From assembly GCA_965235115.1 (NCBI GenBank), contig OZ249445.1, positions 11,718,001 to 11,782,000 on the forward strand: a stretch of 64,000 nucleotides of DNA. Reading direction: 5' to 3'. Shown here one piece after another: positions 13,601-27,709 of this stretch (within the stretch, counting starts at the first letter, position 1; every line of letters starts with the position of its first letter). Under the pieces are notes generated by a model. It did not search any database. It was not told the origin of the DNA and saw nothing but the letters and a program-made list of their open reading frames with translations. The position numbers and the translations under genes are program-made. The DNA is from Laetmonice hystrix. Taxonomy: Eukaryota.

Positions 13601-15233
13601 GTGCAATGCACCCCTACCTTGGGATAAGGAGACAGGATATATTCCTACAATCTCCTCATTGGGAGAAGCCGGGAAACATCGGGCATGATCATATCCAGCG
13701 CTTTTTATTCATTACGAGTCTGCAGGCACAAACATATTTCCTGGGGTCCTTTGGGGCGTTGGGGAACCCGTAATTTTTCATTTCTGTTTTCTGAATTGAT
13801 TTCAGCTACGAATTTATAATAGAAATGCAATATAATCTAGCGATAACAACACAAAATTTACTTCCGAAGAACTTCTCTCTGTTTTAAAGGCAATCTGACT
13901 GTCATGCCAACGACATCCACTGACAGGCCGACGTCGACGTATAGTTTTGCTGATAAGAGGGGCAGGCCTGTTTACGGACGGGGTCCATGAATAACAAGTT
14001 TTTTTCATTATGTTTGTGCACAAGGATGGCGGTGCCATATACTTTCATGTTTCCGCTCCTACTGATGGCACAGCCAATTAGACACGGAGCATGTATTTAG
14101 GATGGGAATCCGACAGCGCGCGCCACCTGTTGTCGGTCCTCACAACCACTTGGACATACATACATGTACAAATGTATATGCGTGGTCGCACCTTTCTGGA
14201 CGAGTCTCCGTCAGAAGGGCGGGCGAGTATCGAATTTGATTGCTTGGGCGATCAAACCCCCTCGCACGTCGCGTCTCAATCGCTGTCTCAGCAGGGCAGT
14301 ATTATGCGCGTGATTCCACGTTTTTCACGCTCGCCATGCATGTTTGCAACACCTTTGAGCCCGTCACGTCGGGTTCGGTAAAAGCCAACCAACAGCTGCT
14401 GAAACCGGCCGACCTTCCGTCAATTCAAAGTGCCGGCCGCGGGGAGGCGCTGGGTCTGCCCTATGAAGTTGGTCATGTCGCCCAGCGGGTCACCCCGTGA
14501 GAAAGGTCTCCCCTTCCCCCCACACACCCCTTCCCGGGTCCCCCTCGCTTCATTCTTTATCCCTCGTTATTTCAATCCAAAGTCGTCCTTTAAGACGTAC
14601 GAGCGGGGCCGTTCAGGCTGTAGATAACGCCATGCGGCCGCCTTTAATAGCGGCATTAATTTACAGCTTTATGAGATGTCATTCGCTATCGGTGGACGTT
14701 CGTTATGCTGGTCTGGCTTCACGTCGGCTCCAATGATCCTAACCGACAGCACCGACTGACAGTCGTGAGACCCAGGCTTCCACCTCCAGATAAACCCAAC
14801 TCGTTAAACGACGCTCGATTTATTGAAGAGAGCCTATATAATGACAAATAAAAGCGCAGCGCCATGAATAAGTATGGCTATCAATTTCAAGGTTGAATAT
14901 TTGAGTAGGAAGGCTGGGGATGCCAAGTCTCGGAGGGTAAGAGTGTGGCAGGCTGTGGATCAAGGCCGGATTGGGCGGGGAGGGCCGGAGGATTCCGAGG
15001 TCCTACCCGGCCACCCACAACTAATACCTCCCCACCACCGTCCACCTATACTTTCAATCACTTGTGAACATTTGTTACTTCCGTCATGATGATGGAACTC
15101 GGCAAACATGTAAAATCAAGTCTACGTGCAAGTAAATGGTACAGTTACAATGTTGATAAGAATTCCCTCTAAAAAACTAATAATGTCTTATCTTTGCACA
15201 TTTGAAATACTTTTTTGCGCTGTATTATCCTGT

Positions 15234-15311
15234 TCTCTCTCTCTCTTCTTCTCCTCTCCTCTCCTCTCTCTCTTCTCTCTTTCTCTCTCCCTCTCTCTTT
15301 CTCTCTCTATC
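15234..15311. repeat. Imperfect (CT)n polypyrimidine microsatellite
   Basis: About 78 nt that are almost pure C/T. Confidence 0.95.
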
Positions 15312-17499
15312 TAATAAGAACCCCCTTTCGGCTTCATGTTCCTGGTGACCTTCCGACCTTTGAACGTCACCAATTAATCCCCCTTGTTAAAGACCCTAAG
15401 CCTTTGAAATGACCCAATGAGAGGACTTTGATATGTAACAGGATCTGCTTACATACTCTTACAAATTGAGACAAGAGTACATAACTTGCCATATGGCGTT
15501 CGTCCGAGGCTGAACGTCTCCAACCTGACGTCCGCGCCTTAATATAAAGGTTCGCTTTCCGACCACTGCCGATCAAAGAATCTTAATTCGGTCGGCGATG
15601 ATCAAAGAGGTTGGAAGGTAATTGGTGCGACACAACTAGGGCAGCCATCAATCCTACTGCTGCCGGGACCCCATCGATCTGGGAGGGAAGTCCTCCCCTC
15701 TCATTATATTATATGGTCGACATAAAGACCAATATCGTGCACAGCCATCCTCCACCTCCGAGGATGTTGCCTGGGCATGCTGGTTCCATGGCCTATGCCT
15801 ATGCAATCATAGTTAAAAGTACATTTTACCATCTTAGAACACGTTAAAATGTGATCATCTTTGGTCGCTACCAAACATAATACCCTCCGTTAACTGTTGT
15901 TGATGGTTTGGGGGTACGGAACAATTGAGGGACTGAACATCACGGGGCGTTATCCCAAGATAACTCTCGTTACGAGATGTTACATGGATGGTATAGAGAG
16001 AGCAGCTTTACATACAGCTTGTATCTCGTTAAAGGAATCCACCGCTGAAAGGTGTCTTCGGTCATTGTTACTTTGGAGGCTACAAAAATAAAGGATGGAA
16101 TTGACATCCACCAAAACTGACCCCCAAATCCTTTCGCTTACAAAATGTCAACTGGATATAAATGGTCTATACCCAACCAGAGGCGGCTGTTCGAAACTTT
16201 AAGTTATTTTTATCTACCAACCCAAATATCATGACACTCTCCTTTATTATTCTAACATTCCACAGGCATGTCTACTATATACTGTACTTGGTCAAGAGTG
16301 TATGGTATCTATATCATGCAGGCCATGTTTATCGGTGAGGACAAGTCGTTCTGTTTCAGTGTACATCAATTTCATAGTCACTTGGAACTTTCCATCGGAT
16401 TAGTTCACGGGCCGACAGAGGTCTCGTCATGTGACACCAAAGCCGGGAGATCTAATCTAGACCGACAAGCATTACGTCAACGGGAAATAAAGCACAGTTC
16501 GGCACAATCAGAGCAGGACGGATTGTGATTGGTCGGCGTTTAGAAGTAATCTACCGGATAATTCTTGTCATGGATGGCATGGTTTACAACGGTCGAGTTT
16601 TCTATCCTTCACTCAGAGATTATGTCCAAATAAAGATTCTATATTATATAGTCCAGATAATTACCAATACCAGAAAAACAAACATGACAAGAAAGCAATT
16701 TGGTCATCATCATTATTCCAGTAGCATATTTTCATGAAAAACTAAAAACCCAGGGTAGATCAGCTACAGTTTAAACCTTCCTTATCAATATTCGCATTTT
16801 GGATCCAAAATGGGGACACCATGCACAAGTCGGTAAACAATGCGCCACAAAAGGCAACCATTTTCTATCCAGATTGAGGCACCTGTGTCTACCTAAGTTT
16901 ATAATATGGTGATGACCTTTTCAACGTAACTTTGTTTATAAATAGATAATTATACAGGCAGTTTCTACATTCTCTAATGCTTAATGTCCACCGAATTGCA
17001 TGTATTATTTACCATTTTATCCTATGATTATGATGAAGAAGTGCCACACTCATTCTCCTTCCTTGTATTCCACGTGTTCAAATAAAACGGGAACGGTTGC
17101 CACTTTATTCCGCCCGCCAGATAACGTCTCTGCAGTGATTGATTAAATGCATCACAACGTTGAATCCAGAGAGCCACTATTGAGTCAGTGATCCAGACAC
17201 ACACACGTGCTGTGCCCTCGTCCATGACATATGCAGATGGCCACGGTGTGAGCACATCATTTATTTTGAAACAGATGTTAAGACACACTAAACGAGAATG
17301 TGATGAACCCAAGCCTTGCGGGAGGGGCGTACGATTTCCTGCCTGGATGCATGGCTTCAACTCGTCAATGCAGCCGTCATACTATAGGATACCCTCTGTG
17401 TTGAAGAACTGGTTATCTTCGGTAGGATATTATGTTATCACTTGTATACCGCTAACATTAGGGTAGATCATATGCTGTACTTGTATGCGCCACCTTTCC

Positions 17500-17790
17500 A
17501 GGTCATTCAAGGTCACAAATGGTGTAAAAAAAAGCACATATTTGCCTCGCCGCCATCTTTGATCTGTATGTTAAAATATAATGCATGACAGATATTATGT
17601 ACCCCGACATCCTCTGTCTCTGTGGCAAGTTTCAAAAGAAACGGTCGTCTTCTTTGAGGCCTACATGAATGTTTTCTGTCAAACGTGGGCCGGCCGCCAT
17701 CTTGGATGAGATCAGAAATTCCTTTGACGTGCATAATCCCGAGAGGGTAGGTGATCTTTGGCCAGAGTTTCATGAAGATCTATGAATGCG
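17500..17790. mobile_element. Probable relic of a non-autonomous DNA-transposon internal repeat
   Basis: Motifs ggtcattcaaggtca, gccgccatctt (x2), caagtttca and gagtttcatgaagatc resemble internal modules I associate with invertebrate DNA-transposon repeats. No termini identified. Confidence 0.4.
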
Positions 17791-17804
17791 TTTTTAAGAC
17801 ATCG

Positions 17805-17892
17805 CTGTCTATGGAAGCACGGGCGTAACGAAGGGTACATTAGAAGCCCTGTTGGGGGCTAAAAATCTTGCCGAACGTGGCTCCATAGACAG
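17805..17892. repeat. Short inverted-repeat element (17-bp arms)
   Basis: CTGTCTATGGAAGCACG (17805-17821) pairs with CGTGGCTCCATAGACAG (17876-17892) at 15/17. Confidence 0.7.
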
Positions 17893-20140
17893 ACTGCCCT
17901 GGTTACTGGCGTGCATGACATTCCATCCTTTCATGAAGCAGTGAAGTATATGAGCCAGGTAAAAACGGTTGACAATTGGGTAATATCTCTTCTCTGAGGG
18001 TCCCATACCATCCTCGTCAACCATTTCACCTATCACGTCTAGGTGATATAACCAGGTCTAACAAGTGAAACGAGTATATAATAAAACCTGCTGGTACACC
18101 TACCATTGTCTGCGGCACGAGCGATATGGGCCTACATTTTGTCAATCACCCTACCGTTCACGACCCAGTGGCATTCTAAAGACCTCCTATCTTTGTATAG
18201 AAATTAGTTATCATCGCACCCTAACACCGATTATTCTTCACATCCCATATTACAACCCTTTCTTATGGCATGAAGGAGATCTAGCTCTCTGCAGAAACTG
18301 GTGTTACAAACATTGGCGGGGAGCGTATCATTAAATGACGAGGTCTCAGTGTGGCAGGCTGTCCCTGTCAGGTGGTGCCACCATAGGGGAAGCTGTTGGA
18401 ACCCCTGGTGTCAGGAACGTGGTGATTTACCGCAATGGTGTATCAAATATTGTGCAACTAACGCTTTCCCATGGCTAATTATTATGACCTTACTTCTATG
18501 TCATTACTGGTTTTAGCAATAAGATGTGCGCCCTACTGGGTTAACAAGCACACCATGTTTTACTCTGAATCAAGCACGAGGCGGACTGTCGTGCTTAGGG
18601 TCGTGATTAAGTATCATGTCATGCTCGAATACCTCTGATAAACGCTGTCGATCACGACGTAATATGTACAGCTCTAGTGGCAGCAGACATCTCGTGAAAT
18701 CTATCATTTTAAAGGTTCGGGTACATTAGGTTCACTTGACGGGATAGAGTAAGCTAAAAAGTTCGTTCTAAGTGACTATGAGACAAGCCATATTTCTTTT
18801 CGATTTGTCATCTATAATTATAAACTTCTCAAGCGTGGCAGAGACGTTAAAACAATTTTCACTCAGCATACGAAACTTTCTTTTCTGGTAAACATTTTCT
18901 CAAACACCAGAATTTTACAGTCTTGAAAATAGGGTTCTATGCTTCCAATTGTATACTTGTATACTATGTTTCTTCAAACTCCGGCATACTGATACGACTA
19001 CAGTATATACTGATTACTGGTGACTGTAACGTAGAAACTTTCACACCTTGAGTAGCACGTTTAAACTTGTCAGGAGACAAGTGCTTACAGGTGCCAACAG
19101 ACGGTATCCCTGGGTGGTTGGCACCGGTTCAGCATATGTTAGGGGTAATCAGGGCGGTGGGGTTACTCCAAACTGGCTCCCGTCCCAACTCACCAACTTT
19201 TTGGGGCAGTGGCAGAGGTTGGTCAAGGTTACACATCACCATTGACCAAGTGTCACCTCCCGCAGTGTCACAAGCGGCGTCCCTTTCACGACCTTTCACC
19301 GCCATTTTACCGAACGCGCTAATGTTGCCGACGCTGGGCTGCCTTTGAAAAGACCGCCTGGCGGGATCGGGCGTCCGTACGTTACTGTCCGCCAGTCTCT
19401 CCTCAATCTGGTGTCGTCTGCCATCAGAAAATGAGCACCACTTACACCATCTGCTGGACACAGAGAGCCGGTGTTTTCATGGCGGCCCAGGCCATCAGCC
19501 TCTCTCCATGTGTCAGTCACGTTACGTAAAGCCATAATGAGCAATTTGGACGCAGGCGATTGGCGGGCTGAGTGACCACAGATTATGGAACCTTTTCACA
19601 TCGGAACCTTTGCAGATCCACAATTTTCAACCTCAACCATTGTCTATTTCCGTGGCTTCCGGAAAAACACAACACAAGCAATAAAATCGGCGAGAACCGT
19701 GTTTTCTCTGTTAATATTCAGGTCATTGAATCTAGAATTGTCCTGAGATTATCCCTGGCTTTGAGAAATCTGAGACACAACATTTAGGACGACTGCCAGT
19801 CACAACCAACTCCTCGTCCTGCTTTGACGTGGGTAGGCAATGAGATAGGATTAAGACACATCAAAGAGACAATCATTCAAGCTTTGAAGAGGTTGTGAAC
19901 GTGTAACCTTTAAGTCGTATATGTGGTGGAGTATAGGCACGTATAAAGACAAAGATAAACTGTCACGAGACAAGCATACAACCTGCAAAATTCAATGTTC
20001 TGTGAAAGAGCAGCACTGCTAAAGTAGATTCCAATGACGTACCAATTTGTGGCGCGCCGGGAGACTGCCTGGGTCGGTAAACCTCATCCTCAAATATTAC
20101 AATCCGAGGACATCCAGGAATCGGAACCCGTACAGAACGT

Positions 20141-20154
20141 GTTCCTATGGCAAC
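20141..20154. promoter_or_regulatory. RFX X-box consensus
   Basis: GTTCCTATGGCAAC matches GTYNCYATRGNAAC exactly. Confidence 0.35.
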
Positions 20155-21410
20155 CGCTTATCTGCTTTCATCAATAGGAGAAAATGTGTCCTCCTCAAGA
20201 CGACCTTCCCCATCCATAATGGCTGGATTAGCCGGCTTGGTAATGCTTATCTCCGCCCGTCGTCCCGTATCTGTGCAGCCGAGCGTCACTGAAGCCGCCC
20301 TGGTCTAATAGGTTACGGTGTGCAGTAGATAATTATGTAAAAGTTATTGCTCCCGTCAACCAAGTTTCGCGACAGGAAGGAAAGTTTGCCTCCGCAAAGA
20401 TTAATTAAACAACGTTTTATTTTACGCTGGCAGCTCCTGATAAGATGATATCTGGGCTATGATTTGCCAGTCTGTTGACAGGTAGTTAATTTGTCTTCAG
20501 CATACAGCGGCATTGGTCTGGATGAGTTTGAAGTCAATACGTGTATATATATTATTCAGATATATGGAAACATACTTACAGGAGCATAACTACACGCATG
20601 TCGAGCACCATAACATTGTAATGTCACTTTAAATATCCCACAACATTAACATCTGCTATATATAAATGAAGAACAGAGACATAGGCCTAATCCCTCTCCA
20701 GATCTGTGTATAGATGCATGGTCCAATGATCACGTGATCAGAGGATGCCATCTATTCTCGCGCAATTACTCCTCGATGTAAACCTGCCGGCTCGGATGAC
20801 TTTTCGAGTGCCATTTTTAAAGTGCGGCATCAACCGAACGGGTGGGCGGGTCTTTTTAATTATGGCCGCTTTAGGGGAGTTCAATTTTTACGCACTGGCG
20901 AGAAAAGTTCGTTTTGCTCCTGTTTAGAACAGGTGATTGTGAGGGGGTACACCTTACGCCATCAATAAGCTCACGACACGAGTACAATGTACACTGACCA
21001 GTGATATTGCCTAACTGTCATCCTAGAAACAAAATTATAATGTTCTCAATGCTCTACATTGATGCCGCATGTAGACATAATAATAAAATATTAATAATAC
21101 AGACTTCATGTTTAAAGCACTCGTATTACGAGGCTACAGACATATACAAAGGCACACGAGTGCTTTGGATTATGCCCGATAAATTTCAATGTTTTTTTTC
21201 CACAGTTTTCAAAGTTAGATATCTGAGGGCCTGAAATGCCTTCACTCATGATGACAACCCTTCCAGCGTGGAGAATCATTATCTGCTTTGCCCCACTTGT
21301 GACCTGTCACAAAAGAAACAAATGGTGAATCTGTTGCTATGCAGTAACCAAGGTATGGTTTAATGAAATCAGAGGCCGATGTGACATATAGCTCCGCGGT
21401 TTGGGAGGAC

Positions 21411-21481
21411 GTCACGTGACATGGACGCCCCTAGTGACGGCCGTCTGCGCATGCCGCCTCGCTCCACGCGCTCACTTCCGC
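21411..21481. promoter_or_regulatory. Cluster of promoter-type motifs (palindromic E-box, NRF1-like, ETS)
   Basis: GTCACGTGAC at 21411, TGCGCATGCC at 21446 and CACTTCCG at 21473, within 70 bp of CpG-rich sequence. Confidence 0.35.
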
Positions 21482-23338
21482 CACACTGGACCAGGCCAAA
21501 TAATACCGCGAAATTGGCGCACTGGCCAACACCGAGCAAACACTACGGCCTGGACAGCTCTCGTCTGATTAACCTGCTCAGTGGGGAGACGGCCCAGAAT
21601 CCCGCTCCCTCCAGCAGCCCATTTGTCTCCGACAATAGCCGACTCTTACGCCCCGATACTGGCCAGAATTTTTAATCTAACGCCAAGCGCTGTGTGCATC
21701 CATGAGAAAGAATTCGTAAATTTGACGAACTGATTGATGTAAATTGCACAGATTAATTGTTGGGAACGCACTGTTTGTTTTCTCCCACGCTGGCTTGACC
21801 CACTTTGCGTCTGCAGGGAAAGGGAAAAAGTTTTCGGGGTGATCAACCTGCAGGCTAACATGGCCTTCTCAGGGTTCCGTGCTCCGGTGTACAGCCGCCA
21901 GACACTGCCTGATCTTACATTAAATCGTCCTCTCTCCTCGGGCCAGAATATCCTTGATAATTAGACCTAAGTAGCATTATAATCAGGGGCTGTCTTGTAT
22001 TAGCCTATTTAACGTGGTTAAAGCTATTTGTAAGCCTTTCAGCGAATTTATCCCTAATCGAATTTTGTAATCAATGCCACGTCGCGGCCGCTCGGCTGCA
22101 GTCAGCGCCGACAAGATGAAAGTCGGGAGAGACGACCTCGCTTTGTTCACCAGAAATTGAATTACAGCGGCATAAGGACGAGCATGGATCTGATGTTGAT
22201 ACCGGATAGTGCGACAAGCGGTAGAAATCTGAACATTTGCTGGTATCATCGTGTGATCTGGGAAGGGTCTCATTAAACAGCTATCGCTGCTGGCGCGAGG
22301 GCTAACATCTCCTACACCCTCGCCGTCACACCACACCCCGTCCTATCCGGCTTCACCACTCCAGGCCCATCACGCAGTAATTAGGCTCCCATATCGGCAC
22401 CGACCCGCCAATTTCTAGGATTTCACCCGCCAGTTTGACAGTCAGGTGCCTGAGCAGCCTTCTGACAGGTCGATGGCGCTGTCCGCCTGCCACTTTATTG
22501 TAAAGTTAATCCGTTAATAGGAGGGTCCTCCCATATGTCAGACTGCTAACTCAACAACAGATACGGCGGCTGGCCCTCGCCTGGCCTACAGTGGCCGTGG
22601 ACTGGATCTAAACACCAAACATCTACACATGATTACATTATCATAGAAAGGGGAATATCTGTAAGAGTTTTCATTGCATTTTGTTGCGCATTCATTGAGG
22701 CAATATGTCAAGACAACCTATCGTAGTCGCGCAGAACGGAATAATGCAATAGCTTGGTGAATGTAAGTAGTATATGGAAATGACTCCAAGATACAGGCAC
22801 CACGACATTTAGCTGGTCTTAATGTCCGATATACAGTGAAGTGGGCTCGTTTATCTCACTGCTGCTTCTACCTTTTGAAACAATACTTGTATACGTGAGC
22901 TCCTAATCACATTTCTCGTTACAATTGATACTGGTTAGGCGACACAAGTGGAGGCCTGTGTAAATAGCTGGGTACAACTACCAACAACTATACAGTATAT
23001 GTACACTTACAATCGATAAATACATATTGACTGCCAGCTAATAGAAAAACAATGATACTATAGGTTACTATTCATGGAAAATGGCATTTTCATTTCTTAG
23101 CCTATACTTGCTGAAGAATTTCGAAACAAACAGTGTGACCGGGTTTTTCAAAATGCTCTCTGATCCAAGCTGATCTATCTGTATCCCTTCACAACGAGGT
23201 TTCTAAATACATTCTATTCTGAGACCATCCCCTGTCGCCAATAAATACAGATTATTCAAGTAAGTCATTATAAATTATATAACGTAATGTGTCAAAGCGA
23301 AGCTAACATATTATGACTATTTGATTACTCTATCACTT

Positions 23339-23420
23339 GCGGATCCAAGTGGGGGTTGTGGATTAACCAAGCAAATTCTTCCCCTTAACCCCCCCCCCTT
23401 TACTAAAATCCTGGAACCGC
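23339..23420. mobile_element. Decayed mini-element with GCGGATCC-type terminal inverted repeats
   Basis: GCGGATCCAAG...CCTGGAACCGC (9/11 inverted match) flanking G-run/C-run internals. Confidence 0.3.
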
Positions 23421-24941
23421 CTAGGCTGTGCATAAGACTTATCGTATACTTGATCTAAATTACCTAGTCACAATACGTTTTTCTCGGTTACATTTTTCTG
23501 CATACAGTGCAATCAAATTAACTTTAGATCATCTTCACTAAAGTATCATTTCTATCAACTAAAACATCGATCATCTTCATATTTTCCCCCCGTTACATTT
23601 TAAACGTTACTTTTTTGATTATTTAATTGAATACCAAACTCATACGATCCATTGCAGAGAAAGGCATTCATGGTGCTATTGTCCTGGAGCGTGTTTTTCT
23701 TTTTCCAACGCTTTGAATCATATAGACAGTTATTACTCCTTTTTGTTATTTATTCTCCGTTTTTATCGAATTCCATTTCACACTGGAGTAGTGATATGTG
23801 ATTAAGCGGGTGACTTGATATTGCCGGCCCCGATATTGACGGCAAGGGGAGTCAGTCCTCCAGTTGGAGCCCGCCACTTGGGCCCCTTCCCATATACTAC
23901 TACCGATCATTTCACGGCATCATCAGTATCCCCTGTTTACCTCGGCAGAAAATTCTGATCATCCATGCATCGGGTCCGTTTAAACAAGGGCGATCTGCTT
24001 TCAAATCCTGAATCACACGCCGTTTGAGTCGGAGCGTGGTCGGGTTGGGAGCTGGGGCGTGAGGAGGACTGAGCTCCGACTGGTGTTTCGTGAATATCGG
24101 CCGCTGACGCAATCACCGCGGCAGACGACACCACGCTTACTTACGGTATATTTCGCGCCAATCGCACCACGCACTGTAGCTTGGCTCGTGGGTTAACCAG
24201 CCACCGTGTGTCTATCAATTATTTGTGACAGTCGATATACAGTGGGGGCCGACCACCGCCAACGTGGACGCCGCCGTCGTGGTATTCCGCATGCCTTAGA
24301 AATGGGCGGGAAAGAATCTGTGGCGCGTGTGAGCAAACTTTCCGCGCCAACACTTACACGCGTACAGTACGAGCCACTACCTGCAGTTATGTCAACCGAA
24401 GCCGTGTTGGGTTTCACATTAATTCCTCCTCGCCTTCATACGCATGATCAACCACTCGGTCGACTTCGGTATTTATACCTTTCATTGTTATTGCCCGGAT
24501 AGACTTTCGGTCAGTTGAGACTCGGTGACCAAGAACGAGGAGGCTAACGGGCCGATTTGGCGTGTTGTGTCAGTGCACTGCAATAAGCAGAGTTTGACAA
24601 CCTTTAAAAAGGCTTTGGGTTTAACTGTAACTCGGAAAATACGTTACGGATTTGCCCACAATTGAGTGGTTAAATGGTCTGCCACTTCGACATAATGGCG
24701 CTATTATGGCCAATTATGTCGGCGCACCTTTGTTTTGTCCATCCCGCTAAAGTTGTTACTGGCGGGTTACACGTATTTCCAATTACCGCCCTGAGTTGGA
24801 GCCACCTACTAAAAGAAGTGGTGTGGAGTGATTTAGGGCTGACTTGTAACCCTTCCTTTTGTGCGGGTTGGCGTGTGCTATAGGTTGGGTCTGGGTTGGA
24901 TTGCCTGGTCGGTTTACGTTCCCAACCGGCGACTGGAGACC

Positions 24942-24994
24942 GGGGGCTGGGGGCTGGGGGCTGGGGGCTGGGGGCTGGGGGCTGGGGGCTGGGG
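24942..24994 (+). repeat. (GGGGGCT)7 heptamer repeat with G-quadruplex potential
   Basis: Seven perfect copies plus a partial one; eight G-runs of 4-5 nt separated by 2-nt loops. Confidence 0.95.
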
Positions 24995-27693
24995 CCTAGG
25001 GCCTAGGGGCTGGGTACGGATCGACCGCCGACCTAGGGTGGTAAGCCCCTGTGACACGGGGCCAGCTCCCGAGGCAGGTTTTACCGCACTGGTATATACT
25101 AATATGTGTATAATGTGGGTATTGATAGCGGACTCTTCTCGGCTCTCTTACTGCCTGCCAACTGTTTCATGTTGCTTACACCGCTATTTTCCCCGTCCAA
25201 ACAGGGGATGATGGGGAACTTCCAAAGGGGGCAACCCCCTTTCATTCTGTTAAACGGGGCCGAAACCGACCACTACACCCGAGGGGTATGCGGACATCCA
25301 CGCTCAATGTTTGCCGCGTGTCGCCAGCTCGTCGCTATTGTAACCGCAAATCACGCAGCATTTTGCCTTAATTGAATCCATTTTGGCAGGTGAAGTTCTT
25401 TCGTTTGGGACATTTGAAGAAGCAAAGTCTCAATCGGAAGGGAGGCTGCTGAAGCGGGCTCTTGTCATCGCTGTTGGACAAGTCGCGGGCCGCCATGCTC
25501 CTTCCCGCCTGCCAATCACAGTCGCCTGTCGTCTGCGGCGCGTGTGACGTAGTCGGGCGGCGCACACGTGATTTACGGTGTATTTGTGGCGAACCGAGAG
25601 AAGCGCTCACATCGGCCTAAGCTGTCCATCCGAGCGCGAGCGTACGGCCTACCCTGCTCACCACACCGACAGGTAATCAACCTTTCCAACTGTTTGCCTT
25701 CTCTTTCCCCTTCACCCGACACGGCTCCACCGCTTTGGTCACCCCGCCTTCGATCTTGAACTTACTTGGCCACTGGGTCGCAAGACACAGAAGCAAAAAT
25801 AGGGGGCTATCTGATGGACAAGTTAATGAAGGGAACCGGATCGTATGAAAAATTAAAAAGAAAAGGCATTGGTGCCTGTGTGTTCACAATTAGACACGTA
25901 ATCAGGCTCGAAACGCGGTTCCGTAAGCAACTCACCTTGCCGAATATAATCACATTTGCATAAGTGACCAGCGTCCTCAGTCAGGCTTGTAACTAATCAC
26001 ACGTTGTCCTGAGTCGGGTGGATGGACTTTAACAATTTTGTGCAATTGTTGACTTTTCGTTCCAATTCTCCTGGGTTGTGCTGTCAATATACGCCAAGGG
26101 AGGCATTGCCGTAAGGAGAATTTGAACGTCTTCATCGGATGTGTTGTGTTATATTGGCCGTGAGTCGGTGGCCCGTACATATATACTGTTTAATGTTTAG
26201 TGAAGAATGTTGTCTGTGTAACTCAGCATGATACAGAGGGCACGTGTCATTTAGTAGATAAAGACTTCACTCTCCATCAATCTCTCACGTTGTACCTGGC
26301 ACGGTTACCGACAGCACTGGTCTATACCAACATCCATCCCGTTTTACCGTTTGCCTCAGTGATGCGCTCAGCCACACATATACAATTATTGCGTATACAA
26401 CGAGGCCTGGATGGTACTACACACAACACTCTACATTCCACTGCCTTTTCTTTAAACCTCATGCCATTTAATGCATTATGCATCTGCTCTATACAGGACG
26501 TTCACTGCCTGAGACTATAAAGGCAAGTAGGAGATTGTATTTTGAGAGGTGACACTTAGAGTGGAGTCGAGCTGGTGGATGCCACAGCTCAACAAGTACG
26601 ACGGTGTCCTTGCTCTTCATGTCGTCTGTCTTGTTGTGATGGCAGGTATCTGCATGACCGTGTGGTTGTGGTTTATCACACTCACGCACACACATACGTA
26701 CAACATTTTGCCACGTTATCTGTAGACGATGAAGCCTTCTAGTTCACATTCACTTCAAAATAAGCGTAAGGACCGCGCATGGACAATGCTAGCGGTTCTT
26801 CATTTTGATCTGGCGCTGCACTCGATGGCACGCTGGTTGTGGGTGCGGTGGTGACGGGGCAGTCAATCCATAGACCGGGCCCGCACCCGGGGCCGGGGCG
26901 AGCCGGGGCCGGGTCGGTCGGACCGACTGACCGGCCCCTCGGTCCCCCGATAACGTCCCCGGAGTCGAGTGACCGTGCTGCCGTGAACTGACAGCCGATT
27001 TATCAAGGCCACTGCCAGTCTCTTCGTGGAATGTCGCACGACTTTAAAGGGCATCCACGTAATCAAGGAGTAGCGATAAAACAAGCGAAAGAGGCGGTAC
27101 CGTTCGATAAGGCGACTCTAGTTCAAGTACGACCACAACATAAATATCCGCTTACCGACGGGGTACAGCTCCTATAATACGGCAGTCGTCCTCGAGTATA
27201 ATATACAGTTACTAGGACCACTCCTGTTATATTGGCGTGTGCCAATTAATATGTAATATAAAACTTAAATGCCGACTTAACTATAATATTGCCCTTTCTG
27301 TGCTTAAACATGGTTTTCACAAAACAAACATGGTCATGTCCATCAACAATATGGGTTATGAGTCTACATTATGTTAGTATAACTTTAGTATAACGTAAAA
27401 TATAACACATTTATAGATAACATTAACAGTGCACTAATAGAGATTACTTTAATGTCACTTCTATACACATAACTCTCAATCGCTATCTATGGATCCCCAT
27501 GCATGTATTATTATACTAAATCACTAATTGAAACTACTGAATCCCTAAAAATTAATATTAACTGATACTTATAACAAATTCCATTCTTCCCATGCGTTAC
27601 TGTCTGGTAAACAGCCGAATATGTCGTGAAGGGACCGAAAATGTATCTTCCTTGCAGCCATGGGCTTCAACCTCCATTTAGTTAGCGATATCA

Positions 27694-27709
27694 CCACTAG
27701 GGGGCAGCA
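27694..27709 (+). promoter_or_regulatory. CTCF-consensus motif
   Basis: CCACTAGGGGGCAGCA matches CCASYAGRKGGCRS at 14/14. Weaker 12/14 matches on the minus strand at 38092-38105 and 47334-47347. Confidence 0.4.

Noticed and set aside
19103-19120. YPWV peptide resembling a Hox hexapeptide
   Set aside because: Not YPWM, in a short ORF, and I found no homeobox (WFQNRR-type) exon in the window.
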